Made by a program: the position numbers and the translations under genes
In this document: one piece after another, positions 54,301 through 64,000 of the stretch
Layout of the letters: each line of letters opens with the position of its first letter
Position numbering within the stretch: the stretch's first letter is position 1
Source: Tubiluchus corallicola
Taxonomy: Eukaryota; Animalia; Priapulida
Reading direction: 5' to 3'
Assembly: GCA_030141605.1 (NCBI GenBank)
Contig: JAQGDQ010002381.1
Coordinates: forward strand, 1-64,000
DNA length: 64,000 nt
Notes under the pieces: generated by a model
Told to the model about the DNA's origin: nothing
Seen by the model: only the letters and a program-made list of their open reading frames with translations
Database searches by the model: none

Positions 54301-56705
54301 ACCCTGGGTCTGAACTCTATGAAGTTCATCCTTATGAAAGTTATGGTTATGAAACACACCCTGATGAACTGTATGCTGAACATGGACATTATGAAGGGCA
54401 TCCTCGTGAAACATACCCTGAACATGGACATTATGAAGGGCATCCTCGTGAAACATATCCTGAACATGGACATTATGAAGGGCATCCTCGTGAAACATAC
54501 CCTGAACATGGACATTATGAAGTGCATCCTCGTGAAACATACCCTGAACATGGACATTATGAAGTGCATCCTCGTGAAACATACCCTGAACATGGACATT
54601 ATGAAGTGCATCCTCATGAAACATACCCTGAACATGGACATTATGAAGTGCATCCTCGTGAAACATACCCTGAACATGGACACTATGAAGTGCATCCTCA
54701 TGAAACATACCCTGAACATGGACATTATGAAGTGCATCCTCGTGAAACATACCCTGAACATGGACATTATGAAGTGCTTCCTCATGAAACATACCCTGAA
54801 CATGGACACTATGAAGTGCTTCCTCATGAAACATACCCTGAACATGGACACTATGAAGTGCATCCTCATGAAACATACCCTGAACATGGACACTATGAAG
54901 TGCATCCTCGTGAAACATACCCTGAACATGGACATTATGAAGTGCATCCTCGTGAAACATACCCTGAACATGGACATTATGAAGTGCATCCTCATGAAAC
55001 ATACCCTGAACATGGACATTATGAAGTGCATCCTCATGAAACATACCCTGAACATGGACATTATGAAGTGCTTCCTCATGAAACATACCCTGAACATGGA
55101 CACTATGAAGTGCATCCTCATGAAGCGTACCCTGAACATGGACACTATGAAGTGCTTCCTCATGAAACATACCCTGAACATGGACACTATGAAGTGCATC
55201 CTCATGAAACATACCCTGAACATGGACACTATGAAGTGCATCCTCGTGAAACATACCCTGAACATGGACATTATGAAGTGCATCCTCGTGAAACATACCC
55301 TGAACATGGACATTATGAAGTGCATCCTCATGAAACATACCCTGAACATGGACATTATGAAGTGCATCCTCATGAAACATACCCTGAACATGGACATTAT
55401 GAAGTGCTTCCTCATGAAACATACCCTGAACATGGACACTATGAAGTGCATCCTCATGAAACATACCCTGAACATGGACATTATGAAGTGCTTCCTCATG
55501 AAACATACCCTGAACATGGACACTATGAAGTGCATCCTCATGAAACATACCCTGAACATGGACACTATGAAGTGCATCCTCATGAAACGTACCCTGAACA
55601 TGGACACTATGAAGTTCATCCTAATGAATTATATCCTCATGAAGAGTATCCTGAACATGGACACTATGAAGTGCATCCTCATGAAACGTATCCTGAACAT
55701 GGACACTATGAAGTGCATCCTCATGAAGAGTATCCTGAACATGGACACTATGAAGTGCATCCTCATGAAACGTATCCTGAACATGGACACTATGAAGTGC
55801 ATCCTCATGAAACGTACCCTGAACATGGACACTATGAAGTGCATCCTCATGAAACGTATCCTGAATATGGACACTATGAAGTGCATCCTCATGAAACGTA
55901 CCCTGAATATGGACACTATGAAGTGCATCCTCATGAAACGTACCCTGAACATGGACACTATGAAGTGCATCCTCATGAAACGTACCCTGAACATGGACAC
56001 TATGAAGTGCATCCTCATGAAACGTACCCTGAACATGGACACTATGAAGTGCATCCTCATGAAACGTACCCTGAACATGGACACTATGAAGTGCATCCTC
56101 ATGAAACATACCCTGAACATGGACACGATGCATATGAAAGCTATCCAGGCCACTATGATACGTATCCATCACATGTTTCCACAGTTGGTATTCCATTTCC
56201 ACACCATACAGCTTATTCTTATGAAGGGTATCCTACAAATCAATCCTATGAACAATATCCACGTAATACTTACAACGATTATGAATTACCTGGTACTGTT
56301 GGACACGAGACATATCCCAGTAATACTCATGGGGGCGAAAGCCTTGGCCCAGTAGTTGCCCAGGAAGAGCAGAGGCCATATAATCCAGAATTGGAGGAAA
56401 CAAAACTTTCGGATTCCGGTTCATCTGCTTCTGGAAGAAACGGCGCTGTGGGAATGGCTACAGAAAGTACGCAATGTGAGGTGAAAGGACCAGGTCCCTC
56501 TTGCTCCGGACATTCGCACATGGTAATGGCAAATCCAATAAACTGTCGCAAGTACTATCTATGTCTGTGGCAGAACACACCCAATGAAATGCGTGTTCCA
56601 ATGAACTGCCCGGAGGGAACAGTCTTTCATCCATTCAAATACATGTGTGATGATAAGGAAAATGTTGATACATCCGTAATATGTAAATGTGGAGAAGAGT
56701 CGTGA
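47078..56705 (+). CDS. Secreted GH18 chitinase(-like) protein with a His/Tyr/Glu repeat linker and a C-terminal CBM14
   Basis: Exons 47078-47147 (signal peptide), 48481-48672, 50611-50873, 51116-51240, 51505-51622, 52679-52864, 53219-53338 and 53553-56705. Motifs IDPSTCTHI, KVLLAVGGW, FDGLNVDWEFP, LLLGIPLFG, WIGYED and GGVMVWALGFDDF; C-terminal NCRKYYLC...CPEGTVF....CD. Confidence 0.92.
48790..49000 (-). mobile_element. Probable tRNA-derived SINE
   Basis: The minus strand begins ggctgcgtagcctgatagg (A-box-like) ... gtgttcgatac (B-box-like) and ends near a simple-repeat tail. Confidence 0.45.
51812..52650. repeat. 55-bp intronic tandem repeat, about 15 copies
   Basis: Unit gataatctaataatcttccatgccatgtagtgttccttagtttttagtgtactta. 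Confidence 0.95.
54378..56127 (+). repeat. Coding 42-bp tandem repeat (ETYPEHGHYEVHPH), about 40 copies
   Basis: Directly visible and in frame within the chitinase last exon. Confidence 0.95.
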
Positions 56706-57906
56706 TATGTAGCAGTAGACTAATTTGTTTTTGTGTGCCAGTCCTTGCTGTTTACCTGTGACCATGTTTAATCCCTTTTCAAAAGTGGGAGGAATAGTGT
56801 CCTAGTAATGCTTAGCAGTATCTTTTTATTACCTAGATCATTGGAAATAAATGTAATTGACTAAAGCAGCAACCGAATTGCAACAGCGGAAAACTGATAA
56901 TTTCATTTCTGCCTTTTTGAACATCATCGATCAGGTTTTATTACTTGAGGTAATATTTTTTTTAAAAGGAAACACTTGTTTTGTAGCTGAGCAGAACTTC
57001 CTTAGCCTTTCGTTTAAGACTTTGGTGCTCGGTACTCTTGCTGCTTATGCCCAAAACAACTAGACCTGCTACTGCCGGCAAAAGTATATTTTTTCCAAAG
57101 TTACTAGTAGAAGCTTTAGTGTAGTTCTATAGCTTTATTTACAGTATGTTTTAGTGATAGTATTTATGTTGCTAGTAGTTGATTTAGGCCAAAGCTACAG
57201 AGCTATAATCTGGTTTTTTTCCTTCATTAGCTGGTTCTGTTTCGATTACTTTATTCCTCAAACTGATTTTAAAAACAAGTGATTTTCTCAACATTATTAT
57301 CTGTATATTCGTGCCAAAATTTGGGCATCGTTAACTTATTGATTATAATGATTTCAGTTTATAATTCCTAATACAATTTAAATTACGCGTAAGTTCAAAA
57401 TTTAAATAAAAAGAATTTTTGTGCATGAAATTAATGTTATGTTGTTATAGCAACGTTCACTTTGTTGTTGATGTTTTGTCGTTTATTGTTAAGACAGAAT
57501 GCATCTTTTGCATACCGTTGTTGTTATCCTTGTTAATAGTATTGTTATTATTTTTGCATAAAATTGATTTTGAATTATGCACATTCTAAAGCGAGCAAAA
57601 TGACATTAAGATTGGAGTACACTGTAAAAATGAATAAAAATTATGCCCAATAGCGTAATTTTTGTAATTCAGTTTTATTAATAAAGCTATAATGCAAAAT
57701 CGTTGAGTATTATGATAATTTTTATTATTTGTACAAAAACTACATGTTGTTATCGCAATTGTGACATTTTAAGGCCGTTTTTATATATTTGTAATAAATC
57801 TATATACAAAACTAATTCTAAGGACTTAATCCAACAGTAAAATTTAACATTGCAATTTTTTGATAACCGGAAGTAAGTAATGCTTCATGCATGCCCTGAA
57901 TTTAAC

Positions 57907-60238
57907 TTAATAACAATAACATCGTTGGCCACCTACTGGACGATGTAAAGTGTTATCATGGCGAATCGGACTCGTTGAATATCCATGCTGTCGGTATTTA
58001 CTGGGATGGCCGTAGCTGTAATCGTCGTTAGCATATCCGCCATTGTGATAAGTTTTCGTTGATGGATAATCGTAGCCGTAGCCGTCGTAAGAATGGCTTA
58101 ATATTGGTCGAACTATGTCGTACTTGTATAACGTTTCTGGTTGATAATATTCATGGCCTTCCCTAGGACAAGAAGCAAAGCATTTAATTATGTTCATCGA
58201 CTTGTTAATTAAACTATATTAACCCCGATGTATATACTCGGTGTAGCAATAGATGCATTTCAAAAAAAGAGTTAAAATTCAAGCGAGACCACGTGACTAA
58301 AATACACATGCAATCGCTGCAGTTGGGTGTTTAAATAAACTTGTTATTCTTTATAGTAAAATATTTCGTTAAAATATTTTTATAGTAAAAGAGAAATAAA
58401 AAGCGGTTTCTACTGAAAAATTTTCGTATGTCTACGATTTAACTTCTAATAAAGTCATAACTTACTTTACTGATATTTTGGTAATTGGTTAAAAATATAT
58501 TAACATAGCTTCTGTTTTAATAAATTTAATAATTTTACGAAGTGCACTGTAGTGACATCTATTAACGAATAAGTTAATTAATCAGTGTTCTGTGCCCACT
58601 GCGAACCTTACAAACTGGTTTTAGGCATGATTGCGTTATCCATCGTTAAACAAGAAATTTAATAATCACGATCAAGTGAATTTAAACAAGTGAACAGCTG
58701 TTTTAAAAGCAAACAAACTAAGTATGATTTCAGTAACACTTGATTTCAGACAATGTTGTTCATATAATTTGCCAGATAATTACTATCAAAACAATTTGTT
58801 ACTTTTTGGCGCTTGTTAAATTGCAAAACAATATAATAAGTTTCAGCCGTTTTGAATTATAACTTTAGTTTAGTTTTGTTTAGTTTTGTCTGTATGCTTA
58901 CTTGTAATCGTAGTCGTAACCTCTAGATTTTGCTGAGGTCTCCTTCGCGTAGGATTTATCTTGACTAGTCAAAGTTCCGTGAGCCCGACCAGAGCGAGAA
59001 AATGAGGTTTCGCTACTTTTCTGCCCATCTCCTTCCAACTTGCCTTTGCTCACCGGTCCGTACGTTGTGGTGTGAAAATAAGTTTTTGGAGCTGGTGCTA
59101 CTTTGTGATAGGCTGCTGTGTTGCCCTTATAGCCGTGTGGAACAGCACCTCCGGGAGCAAACGCCACATCGTTCCGGTACGATGGCCCACTGGCGCTTAC
59201 CATGCTAAGTACAGCAACGGCTAGAACGGCAACAAGAATCGTATCCCTGCAACGAAAATTTGCATTAGCCTTGTGTTAAGTGCACAGGTAAGAAGTGTAT
59301 CATCATCATGATCATCGCCGTCGTCTTCATCGTAGTTGCATTCATCATTCGTCATTATCATCATCAAAACAGCAGCAGCAGCAACAGCAATAGCAACAAC
59401 GACAACAACAACAACAATTACTTCTACAACTACATTACTATTACTGCTACTGCTACTAAAACTACAACAATAATTACAACAACAGTAGCATGATTAACAG
59501 TAACAACGACGGTAGCATCAGCAACAAGCAACATCAACATTATAACTACCCGGAACTGGTATTTGCCAGATGATAAAGTTCCCAACTCTTACAAGCATGG
59601 GTCTAAATTCAACTTAAAATTTGAAACAAAAACTTTTGCAAAATTTAGATTTACAGTTTAAGAACGTGGTCCTAATTCTGAATTTTCGCATCTTTTTAAC
59701 ATGTTTATTTAAAAAATCAATTAATTGAATAAGCTTTGAAATCAGTAATGAGCATAAGTATCCACTTTTTTAAAGAAAATTGCACAAACGTGGATGTAAA
59801 AATACGTCAAAAGCTTGTTGTGCGCTTCAGTACTAAGTTCGCACTATAATTTGCAAATTTTACAAATAAATTTACATTTCATTATTAACAAGAAGATAAT
59901 ATTATTAGATAACATTATTGTAATCCTTTTATAGAATATTTCAATTACAAGCTGTTATTTCGATACTATTTTTGTAGTTTTAAACTTCAAATCAAACGTT
60001 TGCACATTTTTTTTTAAATTGATTATTTATGCTGACTGCTGAATTGAGCAAATTAGACTAGACTGCTGATCAAAAATTTTAAACTTGCTAATAAAAAACA
60101 TTTTCAGAAAATGAATAGGACTCTGTGCATCGTTAATTTATAAAGCTAGCAACTAAATGACTTTTTACAGATTTATCAAAATCATTCAAACGTTTACATC
60201 AAGTTTTGAAATAAAAAAACAGTTACTCGCACTTACAT
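57907..60238 (-). CDS. Small secreted Tyr/Gly/His/Ser-rich protein
   Basis: Exons 60238-60237 (AT), 59246-58902 and 58162-57907 splice to MDTILVAVLAVAVLSMVSA-SGPSYRND...GYDYDYK-EGHEYYQP...YDGYGYDY...QRCYCY*. Confidence 0.7.
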
Positions 60239-60289
60239 TTTGAAGTTTTGCTCTCTGACCGTAGGCCTGCGATTGTGGAACAATTTGAC

Positions 60290-60327
60290 AACTGTGGCAG
60301 TCGGGAAAATGTGGAAAGCATTTATAG
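60290..60327 (-). promoter_or_regulatory. TATA box and initiator-like motif for the Tyr-rich gene
   Basis: Minus-strand cTATAAAt at 60326-60321, a CAGTT about 30 nt downstream, then a short leader ending caaaAT/gtaagt. Confidence 0.5.
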
Positions 60328-62456
60328 AGGCCAATTAGAAACGTCCTCCAAATGATAGCGGTCATGGCGTAAAAACTGGGTGCCAATTTCAGGAAAATGC
60401 ACTAGTTTCTGGGCGGAAAATTACCATCGTTAGCGTATATACAGGATATTAAGCCCTACATTTATAGACAATAACGCTGTGTTAATGTTTAAAGGTTTCC
60501 AGCAAGAAACACGGGTTAGTTGTTCGTTTTTTTCTATTTTTATGTGTTAGGCAAACGTGGACACCAAAACTTTAGTATAAATTATCGAAACTTCAGTATA
60601 ATGACGAATTGGTTTATGACAATTTATAAGTGACTCCTCAATTAGACATATTACGTACGTTGTGTTTCAGGAAATGATAATTCGTTGTATTTTCTAAAAA
60701 ATAATCATATGTATCTGTAAACTTAATAAAGATTTAAATTGTTTATTACAGAAAAATATCCGTTTCATAGACAGATCATTGTATAACAAGTTTCAATAAA
60801 TTTTTATTAGAAAAATGCAGTGTTTCTACTACATCATTTCCGGCCACCCGTCTTACTTGAATACACAGTTACTTTGCAAACCTTTCAATTATTATGTCTT
60901 TTTTCGCTATATTACATCAACCCATATACATTTGTACCTCTAATGATATCGAAAAAGCAAAATATTTAATGACGACTACGTGTTTTAACAAGCTCGGTTA
61001 TACGTGTTAGCAACTTGTGCAACTTAGCAACAACGAACATGATAGCAACTTTTTGACATTTGTTTTAAACTTACGAATTCTAATTAATATTACTCTAATT
61101 AATAGCAGTTGTGAATTGAGTTCGATTCCTCCAATGTTCACTGTTTAAATAAGTACTTGACTGTGGTTACGTTGTGCTGATGCTTTGCTGCTGTTATTCA
61201 CTATGAGATTTTGCAGTATTATTTGTTCACTTAACATGCTTCATTCAATAGGACTTTCTGGACAACCCAATGCCCATTCTTAAAAGTTACGTCTCTTTGC
61301 GGTGTAGAAGGTATTGGGTTCGACTCTTCAGTCCCTTATAAGCATCTCGTTGACAAAACTAATGTCTAATGTGTCTAGACATAGACATAGACATAGACAT
61401 AGACATAGACATAGACATAGACATAGACATAGACATAGACATAGACATAGACATAGACATAGACATAGACATAGACATAGACATAGACATAGACATAGAA
61501 CATTTATTTTCTCCAATTAGTTTAACATCAAACGTTTTTTAAATATTAAGTAATTATAATCATGGAGCAGGGCAGGGAAGGACCGTAGGGTCTTCTAGTC
61601 TCCTGCCATTTCTTATAAATAGATTAAGACATTAAAAATTAACGGTGATGCTGCAGATAACAAAAACAAAAACAAATAAGAAAAAAATAATAATAAAAAC
61701 AGTATAAATGATACAAATTATTCAAAAAGAACTGAAAACAAAAAATAATAAAGTTAGATCTAAACAAAACAATACAATTATTCAGTAATTAGGATTATTA
61801 TATGTAGTAGTTTCAAATGGGGTCTTATTAACAGGGGAATTTGGCCAAGGTTAGTGAGTAAAGTTAAAAACTGAGAGTACGGAAAGAAAAAAATAAGCAT
61901 AAAAAGTGTAATATAGAAAAATTTATGAGAAAAAGTAACTATGAGAAAGAGCAACAATTACTTAGGAGATGAGTTTACTCTAGGTAAACTAATGTGTGGA
62001 ATTATAGTACTAGTTACAAATTAGTCAGTGCGTGCCCTTGAGATGTATGCAACTAAGCAGAGTAGGACTAAACCCAATAATTATTTGTAAACCTGTAAAT
62101 TGGTGAGCAAGCTTCGCAGTAAACCGTTTGCCGTAAAAATAGATGCGCATATTATGAACAATACCAAGTTTTAAATACGAATACAGAATTTGGAGATTCT
62201 AATGTGAATTAAACGAAAAATTCAAATTTTCAAAAAATATCTTTTATCCATTAAGTTAAATCATTACTGACTTTAAAAAACTGTTCGATACCTTTCTGAC
62301 ACTTTAAATCGTTTTCTCTTGATTGGAAGTTGAAGTGGTGAGAGCGAGTATCTGTGCACTATCCTGATTTTTTTGTATTTTTAATTTCAATGCCAAAAAT
62401 GTTTGCTTGTTCATGTACATCATATCTATGTTAACTCGTCTTAAGAAACTGCTAAT

Positions 62457-62575
62457 GTCTACGGCCATATCACATTGAATACACCGGTTCTCGTCTGATC
62501 ACCGAAGTTAAGCAATGTAGAGCGTGGTTAGTACTTGGATGGGGGACCGCCTAGGAATACCACGTGCTGTAGACT
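62457..62575 (+). rRNA. 5S: 5S rRNA gene
   Basis: gtctacggccat...tgatcaccgaagttaagc...agtacttggatggg.gaccgcct.ggaatacc...gtgctgtagac followed by a T-run terminator. Confidence 0.93.
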
Positions 62576-63279
62576 TTTTAGCTAGTGACTATTAACTATC
62601 AAAGTGTGTGCACAACACGACCGTTTCATTTTGACAGTATTGTTTTTGATTTTTGGAAGTTGAAGTGGTGAAAATAAATGTCTGTCTCGACATTATGTTG
62701 ATTTTTTTTGCATTTTAATGTGAAAGACTATCTACTTGTTGCATTTCTCCAATATTATACAAAGTAAGGAAAAATGAAAATAAAACTAGAAAATCAGCCA
62801 CTGTCCTTCAAAAATGATTTTTGATTTTCATAAAAAATCAAAACAGATACTTTGTTACTACGTTCACCTTCATCTATCTATTATTTCTATATTATCTGTC
62901 TATAACAAAATGCAGAAGTTAAGCAACCTCAAACCTGGTTTTGCGTTTGAATGGGTGACTGCCCGGTACTTACATTTTTCTAAATGATCAGGAAGGGTGA
63001 TGACAAATGCTGTAAGATCTTTTTCACCACTCAAAAATGGATTTTTGTTCTGACAAATATTTTTAAATGAAGAATCTTTTTGCTTGTTCATGCTTGATCA
63101 TTCCCATGTTTAATTATGTCATATCTAGAAGGTAATATACTTAAGCACGGTATTCAACCTCCCTGACATTTTATAATTTCATGTGATATTTCTGTTTATA
63201 CTTTGCATTAAAATGCTAAAAAGGTTTACTTGTTCATGTACATCATTTCTATGTTAACTCATCTTAAGAAACTGTTAAT

Positions 63280-63398
63280 GTCTACTGCCATATCACATTG
63301 AAAACACCGGTTCTCGTCTGATCACCGAAGTTAAGCAATGTAAAGCGTGGTTAGTACTTGGATGGGTGACCGCCTAGGAATACCACGTGCTGTAGACT
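63280..63398 (+). rRNA. 5S: 5S rRNA gene, second tandem unit
   Basis: Same sequence with four substitutions; flanking spacer shared; unit about 820 bp. Confidence 0.9.
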
Positions 63399-63563
63399 TT
63401 TTAGCTAGTGACTATTATCTATCGAAGTGTGTGCACAACACGACCGTTTCATTTTAACAGTATTGTTTTTGATTTTTGGAAGTCGAAGTGGTGGGAATAA
63501 GTGTCTGTCTCGACATTATGTTGATTTTTATTTGCTTTGCATTTTAATGTCTAAAACTATCTA

Positions 63564-63819
63564 GTAGTAGTAGTAGTAGTAGTAGTAAAATCTTTATTCG
63601 CCATTATAAAACATTGACCATCATATTAAAAGACAGACAATCAGTGTTAGTCCATATAAAAAACATACACTGTTCTAGGCAAATGCGTCTGGTGCAAGCT
63701 AAACTATAAGTGCAACTAGAAATTCAAAAAATAAAATATAAACTAGTTTAGTAAGGTCTAGGAAAAATGAAATTATGATTTGAGTAAGTATCATCGTGTT
63801 CGTATGTCGGATAATGTCA
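63564..63819 (-). mobile_element. Short retroposed insertion in the second 5S spacer
   Basis: TSD aaaactatcta (63553-63563 and 63820-63830); minus-strand AATAAA plus a (TAC)n tail; absent from the first unit. Confidence 0.7.
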
Positions 63820-64000
63820 AAAACTATCTATTTGCTACGTTTCTCGAATATTACACAATGTGAAGAAAAATGAAAATAAAACTAGAAAATCAGCCACTGC
63901 CCTTCAAAAATTATTTTTGATTTTCATAAAAAATCAAAACAGATACTTTGTTCCTACGTTCACCTTAATCTATCTATTATTTCTATATTATCTCTTTTCA

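Noticed and set aside
54085-56355. Alternative-frame and antisense ORFs of 477-697 aa
   Set aside because: By-products of a stop-free 42-bp repeat; only one frame links GH18 to CBM14.

Overview
AT-rich, intron-containing animal (invertebrate-type) genomic DNA, not prokaryotic. Host genes reconstructed by hand from GT-AG splice sites: (1) a minus-strand TTLL4-like gene whose first exon encodes a signal-peptide-like stretch (3182-7263, continues off the left edge); (2) the 3' part of a minus-strand LRRCT + mucin stalk + TM receptor (14509-15816); (3) a PLEKHG7-like DH-PH RhoGEF (11 exons, 27763-40746); (4) a GH18 chitinase-like gene with about 40 His/Tyr/Glu-rich 14-aa repeats and a C-terminal CBM14 (47078-56705); (5) a convergent small secreted Tyr/Gly/His-rich protein (57907-60238); and two tandem 5S rRNA units. 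Repeats include a 78-bp satellite related to Penelope-like element sequence, a near-intact CR1/L2-group LINE, a solo LTR, hAT and Kolobok-like MITEs, and RTE, Helitron and SINE remnants. The most unusual feature is a 4.8-kb GC-rich fold-back element (21381-26183) with AGTAG...CTACT Polinton/Maverick-type ends. Its two ~2.2-kb inverted arms each carry an intronless, divergent TATA-binding-protein-like gene and an exonuclease-like gene in a compact, virus-like overlapping layout. All family assignments come from recalled motifs; no database searches were run.
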